Notes under the pieces: generated by a model
What the model saw: only the letters and a program-made list of their open reading frames with translations
Told to the model about the DNA's origin: nothing
Database searches by the model: none
Source of the DNA: Candidatus Hadarchaeota archaeon
GTDB lineage: Archaea > Hadarchaeota > Hadarchaeia > Hadarchaeales > JAGGTB01
DNA: 64,000 nt
Direction: 5' to 3'
NCBI GenBank assembly: GCA_964384105.1
Contig: CAYLJV010000001.1
Location: 64,001-128,000 of the forward strand
Shown here: positions 1-10,555 of the stretch, piece after piece
How the letters are laid out: each line of letters starts with the position of its first letter
How positions within the stretch are numbered: the first letter of the stretch is position 1
Program-made: the position numbers and the translations under genes

Positions 1-1356
1 TTAAATTTACCTCAACTTTCTGAGCCGGAGATAGTTCAGCATTTTACGAGGCTTTCTCAGATGAACTATGGGGTGGACTGGGGGATATATCCGCTTGGTT
101 CCTGTACTATGAAGTATAATCCTAGAATTTCTGAGAAACTTGCATCTCTATCGAACGTTCAATCAGTACACCCAGATCAACCTTTAGAGACTATTCAGGG
201 ATCTTTGAAATTGATTTACAGGTTAGAGGGGCTCCTTTCTGAGATTACCGGAATGAGTGATTTTACCCTACAGCCTTCTGCAGGAGCCCAAGGTGAGTTT
301 ACGGCGATGTCGATTGTGAGAAAATTTCATGAGACTCGAGGTGATGAGAGTAGGAAAGAGGTAATAGTCCCCGATTCAGCTCATGGGACTAATCCAATTA
401 GTGGAAGAATGGCTGGTTTTGAAATTGTTGAGATTCCGTCTAATGACCGAGGTAGAGTGGATTTAGAAGCTCTTGACTATGCTGTTTCTGAAGAAACCGC
501 GGGTGTAATGTTGACCAATCCCAATACTTTGGGTCTCTTTGAGGATGAGATAGAGGATATAGTAGAGATCGTTCACGACCGTGGTGCTTTGCTTTTCTAT
601 GATGGGGCCAATTTGAATTCAATAATTGGGAAGGTTAGACCGGGTGACATGGGGTTTGACCTACTGCATCTAAATCTTCACAAGACCTTCTCTACACCCC
701 ATGGTGGTGGTGGCCCGGGTAGTGGACCCGTGGGAGTTAAAGAAGAGTTGAAGGAATATCTACCTGTTCCTCGAGTTGAATATGAGGATAAAGAAGATTT
801 TTATTATTTCAGCGAGGACTATCCGAAGTCGATAGGAAAGATTCATCCGTACTATGGAAATTTTGGGGTTCTCGTAAAAGCTTACGTATACATACTTCTT
901 CTGGGTCCCGAAGGGTTAAAGGAAGTTTCGGAAACCGCGGTCCTGAATGCTAACTATATTCAGGAAAAAGTCCGGAAGATAAAGGGTTACGATTTGAAGT
1001 ACGGTGCGGATAACCACTGTAAACACGAGACGGTACTTAGTAGTGAACCTCTTAAGTCAGAAATGGACGTCAGAGCGGGAGATGTGGCGAAGAGATTGCT
1101 TGATTTTGGGGTTCATGCTCCAACTATCTATTTCCCATTAATAGTTCCAGAGGCGCTTATGATAGAACCTACTGAAACAGTTTCTAAAGCTGAACTCGAT
1201 AGGTACTGTGAGGCTCTAAAAACTGTGTCGGAGGAAGCATATTCTGATCCAGAGAAGGTAAAATCTGCCCCCCATAGGATCGCTAGCAGAAAGTTGGATG
1301 ACACAAAAGCTGCTAGGAATCCTATTTTAAGCTGGAAGATGCTTACTAAAAAATAA
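1..1356 (+). CDS. gcvPB: Glycine dehydrogenase (decarboxylating) subunit 2, 5'-truncated by the window
   Basis: Frame is open from base 1 (LNLPQLSEPEIVQHFTRLSQMN). Motifs YPLGSCTMKYNP, SAHGTNP and PLP lysine LHKTFSTPHGGGGPG. Confidence 0.95.
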   Translation, partial: LNLPQLSEPEIVQHFTRLSQMNYGVDWGIYPLGSCTMKYNPRISEKLASLSNVQSVHPDQPLETIQGSLKLIYRLEGLLSEITGMSDFTLQPSAGAQGEFTAMSIVRKFHETRGDESRKEVIVPDSAHGTNPISGRMAGFEIVEIPSNDRGRVDLEALDYAVSEETAGVMLTNPNTLGLFEDEIEDIVEIVHDRGALLFYDGANLNSIIGKVRPGDMGFDLLHLNLHKTFSTPHGGGGPGSGPVGVKEELKEYLPVPRVEYEDKEDFYYFSEDYPKSIGKIHPYYGNFGVLVKAYVYILLLGPEGLKEVSETAVLNANYIQEKVRKIKGYDLKYGADNHCKHETVLSSEPLKSEMDVRAGDVAKRLLDFGVHAPTIYFPLIVPEALMIEPTETVSKAELDRYCEALKTVSEEAYSDPEKVKSAPHRIASRKLDDTKAARNPILSWKMLTKK

Positions 1357-1375
1357 TCTTTGGAAGTGTGTTCAA

Positions 1376-2473
1376 TTGTCCAGAAAAGAAACTAAAATTT
1401 TTAGGGATTTGAAGAGGGAAGTAATCGATCAAGACTTTTGTCTTAGATGCGGTGCTTGCGTTGCTTCATGTCCAGTAGATTCTTTGGAGTTTGAAGTTGA
1501 TACACCATCACTGAAGGACCGTTGTATAGCTTGCGGTTATTGTTACGCTCAATGTCCTGAACTCGTATCCGACGAGAAATTGAAAAAGAAATTTTTCGGC
1601 GAATCCTCTTCTTCGAAAATTGGTCCATACATGGAAGCGTTTTCTGGAAGGGCCAATTCATCTTCCGTAAAAAAATCGGCACAGGATGGTGGTGTAGTAA
1701 CTGCTTTACTTGTTTCTCTTCTTAAGGAGGGTTGGATAGATGGAGCAGCTCTTATGGATAGAGATTCTGAATGGAGACCTCAGCCAAGGGTTGCAAAAAC
1801 GAAGAAATCTATGATCGAATGTGCAGGCACTAAGTATACTCCAGGTCCTATTTTGACAGCTCTTAGAGAAGCCGTTGATGTTCATGGTCTTGAAAAAATT
1901 GCTCTAGTAGGCACCCCCTGCCAGATTAAAGGTTTTAGGAATATGGAGTTTGGAAAGAAACCGTTTAAGAAGATTTCCGAGAAAGTCGTTTTAACGATTG
2001 GACTGTTCTGTACGAAGAGCTTTACTTATGAAGGATTGATTGAAAAGGTAGTAGTTGATCAATTGGGGATTGATTTGAGGAAGATTTCAAAATTTGATAT
2101 AAAAGGGAAAAATTTGACTATTTATCTGAAAGATGGGGAAGAAGAAAAAGTGCCTTTGAGGGAGATAGGAGAATTTGCTCTTAAACCGTGTGGAACCTGT
2201 ATGGACTTTTCTGGAGAACTGGCCGATATATCGGTCGGGAGTGTGGGTTCTCCGGCAGGCTGGTCTACAACTATCTTGAGGACTGAAAGAGGAAAAGAGG
2301 CTTTCGATTTAGGAAGAAAATCCAAAGCATATGAAATCAAAGAGTTGGATGAAGTAAAACCGGGTATGAGCTTGGTAGAAAAGCTCTCTAATATTAAAAG
2401 AAAGAAATCTGAGAAGAAAATCGGAGAGTATAGAAAAAGAGAAGGAGGATCTCTTCCTTCAAAATATGAATGA
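1376..2473 (+). CDS. Coenzyme F420 hydrogenase/dehydrogenase beta subunit family (FrhB/FpoF-like) with N-terminal 2x[4Fe-4S]
   Basis: CLRCGACVASCP, CIACGYCYAQCP, AQDGGVVTALL, VGTPCQ, IGLFC, ADISVGSVGSP. Confidence 0.88.
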   Translation: MSRKETKIFRDLKREVIDQDFCLRCGACVASCPVDSLEFEVDTPSLKDRCIACGYCYAQCPELVSDEKLKKKFFGESSSSKIGPYMEAFSGRANSSSVKKSAQDGGVVTALLVSLLKEGWIDGAALMDRDSEWRPQPRVAKTKKSMIECAGTKYTPGPILTALREAVDVHGLEKIALVGTPCQIKGFRNMEFGKKPFKKISEKVVLTIGLFCTKSFTYEGLIEKVVVDQLGIDLRKISKFDIKGKNLTIYLKDGEEEKVPLREIGEFALKPCGTCMDFSGELADISVGSVGSPAGWSTTILRTERGKEAFDLGRKSKAYEIKELDEVKPGMSLVEKLSNIKRKKSEKKIGEYRKREGGSLPSKYE

Positions 2474-2483
2474 TAAATTAGTT

Positions 2484-3584
2484 TTATAGTATTTCGTAAG
2501 TAGTGGTTCGCTGTTTTGGTATCCTGTTTGAGTCTAAAATTATTTTTTCTAGCTGTTTTGGTGTCATCTCTTGTTTTTTTCCTCCTGCTGCTTTTGTTAT
2601 GTTTTCTTCCATTAGAGTTCCAGATAAATCGTTGGCTCCGGCGTTTAGCATTGCCTTGGCTATGTTCGGCCCGAGCTTTACCCAAGAAGTCTGTATATTC
2701 CGGATTTGATTGTTTAGCATTAACCTTGCAACTGAATGGATTTTGAAATGGTCTATTGTTGATATTTCATGGACAAGGTTCTCTAATTCTGTATTTTTAT
2801 TTGCAAAAGCTAGTGGGACTAGTTCGGTAAAACCGCTGGTTTCTTTTTGTATTTTTCTTATTTTAACTAGGTGCTCAGATATTTCTTTTGGGGTTTCTAC
2901 ATGCCCGTACATTATAGTAGCTGTTGTGGGAATTCCCAAGTGGTGACAGGATTTTATTGTCTCTTCCCATTTTCTTGCTTCGATCTTTTTAGGACAGATT
3001 ATTCTTCTTACTCTATTGACCAGTATCTCTGCTGCTGTTCCAGGTACGGAGTTCAGTCCATTTTCTTTTAGAATATTCAAAATCTTCTCTACTTTCTCGC
3101 CTTCTTTCTCTGCTATGTGGTTGATTTCTGCTGGAGAAAATGCATGAATATGGATACTTTCGGATACTTTTCTAACTGCTTCTAGAAATTCTACGTATTC
3201 TTTTAAGCCGAGAGAGGGGTTAATCCCTCCTTGCATGCATATTTCAGTGGCTCCTTTTTTTATCGCTTCCTTGGTTTTTTTCTTTACTTGCTTGGGGGTA
3301 AGTAGATAAGCTTCTTTATTATCTTCCGATCGATAAAAGGCGCAAAATTTACACTTATTATAGCAGATATTGGTGAAGTTTATGTTTCGATTGATTACGT
3401 AAGTTACAACATTGCCAACCGACTTTTTTCTTAGGTAGTCTGCGGCTTTAATTATCAGTCTAGTTTCATTTTCATTGGATTTTAGTAGTGTTTCACCGTC
3501 TTCTACATCAAGGTCCTCGCCCGCGAGAGCTTTTTCTATCACTCTTCCAATTTCTGGTTTTACTTTCCCGGTTAGTTTTTTCAA
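2484..3584 (-). CDS. cofH: FO synthase subunit 2 (radical SAM, F420 biosynthesis)
   Basis: NRNINFTNICYNKCKFCAF, PGTAAEIL, TTATIMYGHVET, NIQTSWVKLG, GANDLSGTLMEENITKAAG. Confidence 0.88.
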   Translation of the reverse strand: MKKLTGKVKPEIGRVIEKALAGEDLDVEDGETLLKSNENETRLIIKAADYLRKKSVGNVVTYVINRNINFTNICYNKCKFCAFYRSEDNKEAYLLTPKQVKKKTKEAIKKGATEICMQGGINPSLGLKEYVEFLEAVRKVSESIHIHAFSPAEINHIAEKEGEKVEKILNILKENGLNSVPGTAAEILVNRVRRIICPKKIEARKWEETIKSCHHLGIPTTATIMYGHVETPKEISEHLVKIRKIQKETSGFTELVPLAFANKNTELENLVHEISTIDHFKIHSVARLMLNNQIRNIQTSWVKLGPNIAKAMLNAGANDLSGTLMEENITKAAGGKKQEMTPKQLEKIILDSNRIPKQRTTTYEIL

Positions 3585-3718
3585 ATTTTAACCTCGATAA
3601 TTAGTATCTTATCGATTAGTTGTCTGAGTCCTGGTTTTATAAAAGTTCTAATTCCCGAAAAAAAATTTAAGGTTGTTATTAAGAAGTATTACCCACAACT
3701 ACATGGAGGTGAAAACAA

Positions 3719-4975
3719 ATGACTTTGATAAGATCTGAAGAAGTTGGACGTAGATATGAAACGCCTCCTTTTCCCGATTTTCCAAAAAGCGAATGGAGAA
3801 GAAGAATAGATAGTGTCCAAGAACGGATGAAAGAAGAAGGGATAGATGTACTTGTTCTTTGGATGCGAGAGAATTGTAGGTACTTTTCGGGATTCCAATC
3901 TGTTCACTGGCTCACTGATATACATCCAGTGATAGATGTGATTCCTGTAGAGGGTGATCCCACTTTGATTGTTCCAGAGCTTTTCAAATGTAATGCTGAA
4001 GGTATATGTTGGGAACGGGATATCAGAGCTCAAAAGAAACCCCATAAACTCACGTCGATAAGAGAGCTTCCAAAAGATGTAGCTAGTGTAGTAAAGGATC
4101 GTGGTTACGAAAGTGCAACCATTGGTCTTGAAACTGGGTCTCTAGGTGGAATGTGGATACCTAGGCCTCTCAGCGATATAGAAGTTTTCAAGAATGAGCT
4201 ACCAGATGCAGACTTCGCTGATGCTGATCGAGTTATATGGGATTGTAGAATGATAAAATCCGCTTTCGAGATCGAGAGATTGAGAAGAGCATCCCAGGAT
4301 ATTGGAAGAGCTCTTACTCGGATAAGAGATGAATTCAGACCGGGTATGATGGAAAAAGATGTTCAAAATATATGGCTTGAAGAAGCTGCTATGGAGAATA
4401 TTCGAGGTGAAGATTCTTACGTCGGATCCCATATAGTCTGTGGATTGTCAAAGGAGGGAATGGCAGATGTTCTGGCCTTTGATAATATAACTATTGATAG
4501 TGACAGCTATCTATCTGTGGATTTATTCCAGAAGCACAAGGGTTACATACTTGATAGAGCAAGAACTTTCCAGGTGGGGTCTGTTTCGAAGGAAGTTGAA
4601 GAGGCCCACAGAGCCGTGAATGAAGGACTTGTGAATGCTGAAGAGATATTAGAACCAGGAATAAAGGCGAACGACATCTTTAAAGCTGCTTATGAACCAA
4701 TAGCAGAGATAGGTTACGATGAATTGGACATGGCAGGTCATGGAGTCGGTTATGTTATGCATGAACCTCCGTATATCACTGAAGAGAATGAGATGACAAT
4801 AAAAGAAGGAATGGTTTTATCCATAGAGCCATGGATTTGGGAACCGAAGGAGCAGGGAGGAATTGGAGTAATCGGAATTCAAGACAATTATGTGATTACA
4901 GACGATGGATACGAGATTTTGGATGAAAACCCGTCTATTTGGAAGTATAAGGTTGCCCATCCTTTTCGTGAATAG
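3719..4975 (+). CDS. M24-family (Xaa-Pro peptidase/creatinase fold) enzyme, paralog A
   Basis: Creatinase-type N-domain, RMIKS..EI, GHGVG..HEPP, SIEP. GGAGGTG ribosome-binding site. Confidence 0.85.
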   Translation: MTLIRSEEVGRRYETPPFPDFPKSEWRRRIDSVQERMKEEGIDVLVLWMRENCRYFSGFQSVHWLTDIHPVIDVIPVEGDPTLIVPELFKCNAEGICWERDIRAQKKPHKLTSIRELPKDVASVVKDRGYESATIGLETGSLGGMWIPRPLSDIEVFKNELPDADFADADRVIWDCRMIKSAFEIERLRRASQDIGRALTRIRDEFRPGMMEKDVQNIWLEEAAMENIRGEDSYVGSHIVCGLSKEGMADVLAFDNITIDSDSYLSVDLFQKHKGYILDRARTFQVGSVSKEVEEAHRAVNEGLVNAEEILEPGIKANDIFKAAYEPIAEIGYDELDMAGHGVGYVMHEPPYITEENEMTIKEGMVLSIEPWIWEPKEQGGIGVIGIQDNYVITDDGYEILDENPSIWKYKVAHPFRE

Positions 4976-5174
4976 TAAAACATCTATCCATAATTGACTC
5001 GAGTTCTTTCTTTATTTTTTTATTTTTTAGTAAATATTCAAGATTTAGTTTCTTTAAGCCAAGTGGATTCTCTAGAGGTCTAGATTTCCTTAGTTGTTAG
5101 AATGGTACTAAAATAATATTTTTCCTAAAAATTATGAAATAAAAAAGTAGGGGGAGAAGGTTAGTTGAAGGACT

Positions 5175-6506
5175 TTACTTGAGAGGTCCAACGACTCCTT
5201 CTACGAAGTAATCCATAGTAAGAAGGTGGTTTATAGAAGGCATTTCACCCTCTGGACTTTGTACGTTTCCGTCACGATCAACTACCTCTTGCATGAATGG
5301 GTCCCAAACTCCTCTTCTCATTTGTTCTCTTAGGTTAGAAACTTCTTCAACTACATCGTCTGCGACGTTGTCTCTCCAATGTGGTGAAATCGCGTTTGTC
5401 CCTACTCGTCCGTTTTGTCTGAGGTCACAGATACTCCGGTTGTCTATCTCTGTATATAGGATCTCGTCCATGCCTGGGAAGTGTATAGGCTGTGGATATC
5501 CTCCAGCGAGGTAATCTTTTAGGACTTCGTCTAGGATGACTTCCCAGCGCATTTCATAGCATACTGCTACTTCTTCTTCTGTTGCCCATCCTGCGCGAAC
5601 GTAGTCCAGAGATTTACCGATGAAGGGTATTCCGGCCTCGGAAGCGACTCTGACTGGTGACTGCGAGTCGGTTACTTCCCAGAGTACTGATACGTTTCTA
5701 TCTTCGATTAGGGTTGTTGCGAGTTCTCTTTCTGTTGTGGGGTTGAACCATTCACCAGACCAAAGTACATGAACTTCTGCTTCTGGATCTACGTGTCTTG
5801 CGCCCATTGTGAAGGCGTTTATGCGCCTATAATTTATGGATGCGGGCATTGAAGCTACACATCCTATTCTACCGTTGGGGGATAGAGAGCTTGCTATCAT
5901 CCCAGCTAAGTAAATGGCCTGATATTCCCTTCCATTTGCTCTGATGAAATTGTTCCCATACGGTTTATATGATCCGACAATTTCTGGAACAAAGTATACG
6001 TCTGGATATTGCTGGGAGAGTTCCTCTAATGCAAGTCCAATGTATTCTGCGTTACAGAATATTATGTCAGCTCCACTGTCTTCAATCATACTTGTTGCTA
6101 CATCCTCAACGTCTTCTACAGTCACAGATTCTCTGACTACGGTATTTAGCCAGGGATATTCGTTTTCCATCCACTTTCTTGCAGCGTCACAGGCGGTCGT
6201 CCAAGATTCTGGTCCGACCGGTGCATAGTAGATCCATCCCATAGTTATCTGGTCTTCACCGTCTCCTGTTGTAGCTAATTCATTGATTATACTTTGTGGG
6301 ATTGAGTTTTGCGCTATGTTTCGGATATCACTTTCAGACGCTTCTTGTAGGTAGTTCTGAACATCTGTACTGGTGACTTCTCCTTTTGCTCCACCGTCTT
6401 TGGGAGTTAGAGTGTAAGTCCCTACTCCAACAATTGCTGCAGTAATCACTACAGCAATGATGATTACTCCTGTTGTTGCTAGACCTCTTTTGTCTAGTCT
6501 TTTCAT
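5175..6506 (-). CDS. BMP-family ABC substrate-binding protein, paralog A
   Basis: N-terminal hydrophobic anchor; YLAGMIA, RINAFTMGA, WSGEWFNP and TDSQSP match BMP/PnrA-like proteins. Confidence 0.85.
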   Translation of the reverse strand: MKRLDKRGLATTGVIIIAVVITAAIVGVGTYTLTPKDGGAKGEVTSTDVQNYLQEASESDIRNIAQNSIPQSIINELATTGDGEDQITMGWIYYAPVGPESWTTACDAARKWMENEYPWLNTVVRESVTVEDVEDVATSMIEDSGADIIFCNAEYIGLALEELSQQYPDVYFVPEIVGSYKPYGNNFIRANGREYQAIYLAGMIASSLSPNGRIGCVASMPASINYRRINAFTMGARHVDPEAEVHVLWSGEWFNPTTERELATTLIEDRNVSVLWEVTDSQSPVRVASEAGIPFIGKSLDYVRAGWATEEEVAVCYEMRWEVILDEVLKDYLAGGYPQPIHFPGMDEILYTEIDNRSICDLRQNGRVGTNAISPHWRDNVADDVVEEVSNLREQMRRGVWDPFMQEVVDRDGNVQSPEGEMPSINHLLTMDYFVEGVVGPLK

Positions 6507-6655
6507 TCTGTTCTCCTTTGTTGGTCTTTAGCTTATGTGCGCTGGCTTTTTAAAATATTTGAGTAGGGCTAAGTTTTCTATAGAAGTCTTAGTGAAGCGT
6601 ATAGGAAAATTTATAAATTCCTATCGTCACATAACCTCTTCGAGTTTAACGGTGG

Positions 6656-7789
6656 TTGCTTTTGTTATTAAAAAATAAAAACGATATAGAGGATTTTGTT
6701 CGAGGATGTACATTCTATGGAACTGGTGGTGGTGGGTCTCCGGCAAACGGATTGAGTATTCTAATGGATGCCTTTGAAGACAAAGGCGAAATTGAAGTCA
6801 AGGACCCATCCGAAATCGAGGATGATTCGTGGACAATTTGTGCATATGGTATGGGTTCCATAGCTCCGAGAACTTCCGAACAAAAGAAGGAAATGAAAAA
6901 TCTAGGTTTAGTTAAAGAAAAAATTCGTTATAAGCTAGTCGAAGCCGTGAAGGAATTTGAGGAATATACTGGCGAAAAAATTGGTTCAATAGTCCCATTG
7001 GAACTAGGTGGGATGAATACTCCTGCTCCAGTGGCTGCAGCAGTTAGACTTGGTATAGATGCGGTAAATGGAGATTATGCAGGAGGTAGAGCGATCCCGG
7101 AGGTTGTTCAGACGATGCCTCACATACATGGAGAGAGAATGAGTCCTTTGGTAAGTGTTGATCAGTGGGGTGATAAGGTAATAATCAAGGAGTCGATAAA
7201 CAACGAAGTTGCTGAAAAGATAGGCAAACTAGTTTCCAATCTTACTTATGGAGAGCTCGCAGGTAATGCTACTTATCTTATCAAAGGAAGTAGAATGAAA
7301 GACTTAGTAGTACCTGATACTTTAAATGAAGCTCTTGAAGTAGGGCGTGCAGTTAGATTAGCTAGAGAAGAAAATGAAGACGTAGTGGAATCTATTGTCG
7401 AATCTACTGGTGGTTATCTGTTATTTGAAGGCGAGATAACTGAAAAGGATGACTACGACAGGGAAGGTTACTACTGGGGTACTAATACTGTTAAAGGAAC
7501 AGGAGAATTTGAAGGCAAGGAATTCAAGTGTTGGTTCAAAAACGAAAACCATGTTTCTTGGTTAGATGGCGAACCATACGTTACTAGTCCGGACTTCATG
7601 ACATTCGTCGATTCTAGTACTGGAGAACCATATACCAATACAGAAATTAAACCAGGAATGGAAATGAGTGTGATAGGTATTAAATCGCACGAAAGCTTCC
7701 GGAAAAAAGAGGCAATAGAGGTTCTTGGTCCCAGGCACTTTGGTCATGATATTGAGTATGTGCCGATAGAGAAGAAAGTCAAAAAATGA
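6656..7789 (+). CDS. DUF917 family protein
   Basis: YGTGGGG, PLELGGMN, GDYAGGRAIPE, FKNENH, TSPD. Confidence 0.85.
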   Translation: MLLLLKNKNDIEDFVRGCTFYGTGGGGSPANGLSILMDAFEDKGEIEVKDPSEIEDDSWTICAYGMGSIAPRTSEQKKEMKNLGLVKEKIRYKLVEAVKEFEEYTGEKIGSIVPLELGGMNTPAPVAAAVRLGIDAVNGDYAGGRAIPEVVQTMPHIHGERMSPLVSVDQWGDKVIIKESINNEVAEKIGKLVSNLTYGELAGNATYLIKGSRMKDLVVPDTLNEALEVGRAVRLAREENEDVVESIVESTGGYLLFEGEITEKDDYDREGYYWGTNTVKGTGEFEGKEFKCWFKNENHVSWLDGEPYVTSPDFMTFVDSSTGEPYTNTEIKPGMEMSVIGIKSHESFRKKEAIEVLGPRHFGHDIEYVPIEKKVKK

Positions 7790-7969
7790 GTCTAGATTTT
7801 CATCCTTCACTTTTTTCTATTTTTTCTTGGGGTTCTCATAGACTATTTTCAATCTAGAAAAGGTATTGATTAAAAACATATATACTATCAAAACCGCTAT
7901 TTAGTAAAGGATTGCCTCCAAATTGTTGGAAACGGCTAGAGATGAGTGAAATAAGGAGAGTTGGATTAA

Positions 7970-9487
7970 ATGGAATCCGATGAGTATATCTTTGAAATGA
8001 GGAATATTACGAAAAGGTATCCCGGGGGAGTACTTGCTAATAAGAACGTAGATTTTAATGGAAAGTTAGGTGAGATTCATGCTCTGGTGGGGGAGAACGG
8101 TGCGGGAAAGACAACTTTAATGCATATTCTTTCTGGATTGTATAAACAGAACGAGGGAGAGATTTACGTTGATGGGGAAAAGGTCAATATAAAGTCCCCA
8201 AGGGAAGCTCTTAAACATGGGATCGGAATGGTCCACCAAGAGAGATTTCTTATTCCCGCTCATTCTGTGATAGAGAATATAGTACTCGGAGCTCCAGAGG
8301 GCTGGAAGCCTGATAAGAAAAAGGTAAAGAAACAAGCCGAAGAGATCTGCAAAAAATATAATTTGAAATTGGATTTAGATGCGAAGATTAGCGAGCTTTC
8401 AGCTGGAGAGAAACAACTGGCAGAGATTTTGAAGGTATTGTATCTAGATACTAATATAGTCATACTGGATGAGCCTACTTCCGTCTTGACTCCTGAAGAG
8501 ACAGAAAGATTTCTTGGGTCTATTAAGAAGATGGCTGAAGAAGGAAATGTCTGTATAGTTTTTATATCTCATAAGCTTCCGGTTGTTCTGAATATTAGTG
8601 ATCGTATAACTGTTCTTAGGGGAGGCGAGATAGTAGGGACTACGACTCCTGAAGAGAGCTCGCTTAAGGAACTCTCTAAGATGATGGTGGGCCGAGAAGT
8701 TCTTATGGATTTGGAGAGGGAGACTCAAGAGTCCGGGGAAGTAATACTCGAGCTCGAGAATATTTCCGCTAAAAATGATCGTGGTATAGAGGCTCTAAAG
8801 GATGTTTCTTTGGAAGTTCGGGAAGGTGAGATTTTGAGTATTGCTGGGGTTTCTGGTAATGGACAAGGTGAGTTGATGGAGGTAATAATGGGTTTAAGGA
8901 AACCTACTAAAGGAAAAATTATTTTTAGAGGTGTAGATGTTACCAATCTCTCAGTACAGGAAAGATGGAAAAAAGGCCTAGCTTATATTCCGTCAGAAAG
9001 GGTTGAGGTTGGGGTAATAGAAGAGTATAACTTAGTAGATAACGTCTTAATGTGTTTTTACCACGACGAAAGATATTGTAATCGAGGGGTATTGGACTAC
9101 AGTAAGTTGGGAGAAATTACAGAGAAATTCATTTCAGAATATAAAATAAAGGCGGAGGGTACTGACACACTTGTTGGTCACTTGTCTGGTGGGAATATCC
9201 AGAAACTTATCTTAAGCAGAGTTCTGGCAAGAAATCCAGATTTGTTGCTTGCGGAAGATCCTACCCATGGACTCGATGTAGCATCTATGGAGTTTGTGCG
9301 TAAGAAGCTTCTTGAGTTGAGACGTAATGGAAAAGGAGTTTTACTTGTTTCTAAAGATCTCGATGAGGTTATATCTATAAGCGATAGAATAGCTCCAATT
9401 TATGAAGGTGAAATCATGGGAGTTGTCTCTGCTGAGGATGCTACCAAGGATAAAATTGGTCATATGATGATGGGTGAAAAAGAATAA
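7970..9487 (+). CDS. CUT2/nucleoside-type ABC transporter ATP-binding protein (two ABC domains)
   Basis: GENGAGKTT, LDEPT, GVSGNGQ, LSGGNIQK. Confidence 0.92.
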   Translation: MESDEYIFEMRNITKRYPGGVLANKNVDFNGKLGEIHALVGENGAGKTTLMHILSGLYKQNEGEIYVDGEKVNIKSPREALKHGIGMVHQERFLIPAHSVIENIVLGAPEGWKPDKKKVKKQAEEICKKYNLKLDLDAKISELSAGEKQLAEILKVLYLDTNIVILDEPTSVLTPEETERFLGSIKKMAEEGNVCIVFISHKLPVVLNISDRITVLRGGEIVGTTTPEESSLKELSKMMVGREVLMDLERETQESGEVILELENISAKNDRGIEALKDVSLEVREGEILSIAGVSGNGQGELMEVIMGLRKPTKGKIIFRGVDVTNLSVQERWKKGLAYIPSERVEVGVIEEYNLVDNVLMCFYHDERYCNRGVLDYSKLGEITEKFISEYKIKAEGTDTLVGHLSGGNIQKLILSRVLARNPDLLLAEDPTHGLDVASMEFVRKKLLELRRNGKGVLLVSKDLDEVISISDRIAPIYEGEIMGVVSAEDATKDKIGHMMMGEKE

Positions 9488-9504
9488 TTTGAGATATAGA
9501 TAAA

Positions 9505-10545
9505 ATGAGGCTTGTAAGAAAATTAAAACAGTCATCTACATCTACTCTGGCCATTTCTCTTATTTCTTTGGCTATTTCTATTGGGATTTTTAGTATCATT
9601 TTTTGGGGTGCTGGAATTAATATTCTGGACGGTTATTCTGAACTATTAAAATCTGGTTTTACAGGAGGAGGTTTGAATACAACTATCAGAAGGACTGGAA
9701 CTTTATTCCTTTTGGCTTTAGCTTTCATAATACCAAATAAAGCCGGATTGTGGAATATAGGAGGACAAGGACAATTCTTTTTGGGGATAATAGGTGCAGC
9801 AGGAATTTCTTATGCTTTTTCCGGTATGTCTGGCTATTTACTTATTCCAATAATGGCAATAGCTGCTATGGTAACAGGGGGAATCTGGGGTCTAATTCCA
9901 GGATATTTGAAAAGTAAGTTAGATGTTAATGAAATTGTTGTTTCACTAATGCTTAACTATGTTGCGATTCAGTTAGTAAACTATCTAGTGGTTCGTGGTC
10001 CTTGGATGTCGCCGTCAGGAAGACCAGAAAGTATGCCGATCCCTGAGCAAGCGCATATGCCTATGATTGGGGGGACGAGCATTCCTATTTCTATAATTGT
10101 TCCGATTGTGGCTTTGATAGTTTTCTTCTTTGTCTTCAAGAAAACTCGCTTGGGTTATGAAATTACCACGATAGGATCTAAATTTAGATCTGCGAGATAT
10201 GCAGGCATAAGCCATACGAAAATATATTTGTTTACCATGGTTATAGGAGGAGCTTTAGCTGGTTTTGCAGGGATGTCTCATTTAACCGCTGTAACTGGCT
10301 TCTTTAGATCTAATATTATTCCTCCGTGGGGTTATTACGCTATTGTTTTTGGTTTGTTTGTAGGTTTAGATTTGGTTTCGGCTTTACTCTACACATTCAT
10401 AATTACTGGTTTCTTAGTAGGAACCAAAGCTCTTCAGATAACTTTTGGTATGCACCATGGCATCAGCCTTTTATTTGTGGGATTGATAATTGTTGTCAAC
10501 ATTGCTCTCCAAGTATTCCGAGAGTACAATATTAAGAGGTCATGA
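9505..10545 (+). CDS. ABC transporter permease (BPD_transp_2 type)
   Basis: WNIGGQGQ, NEIVVSLMLNY, TRLGYE; multiple transmembrane segments. Confidence 0.88.
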   Translation: MRLVRKLKQSSTSTLAISLISLAISIGIFSIIFWGAGINILDGYSELLKSGFTGGGLNTTIRRTGTLFLLALAFIIPNKAGLWNIGGQGQFFLGIIGAAGISYAFSGMSGYLLIPIMAIAAMVTGGIWGLIPGYLKSKLDVNEIVVSLMLNYVAIQLVNYLVVRGPWMSPSGRPESMPIPEQAHMPMIGGTSIPISIIVPIVALIVFFFVFKKTRLGYEITTIGSKFRSARYAGISHTKIYLFTMVIGGALAGFAGMSHLTAVTGFFRSNIIPPWGYYAIVFGLFVGLDLVSALLYTFIITGFLVGTKALQITFGMHHGISLLFVGLIIVVNIALQVFREYNIKRS

Positions 10546-10555
10546 AGGTGGATAT

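Noticed and set aside
3594-3615. TCGATAA-N8-TTATCGA inverted repeat upstream of cofH
   Set aside because: Single AT-rich occurrence with no second copy noticed and no adjacent regulator; cannot be told from chance.
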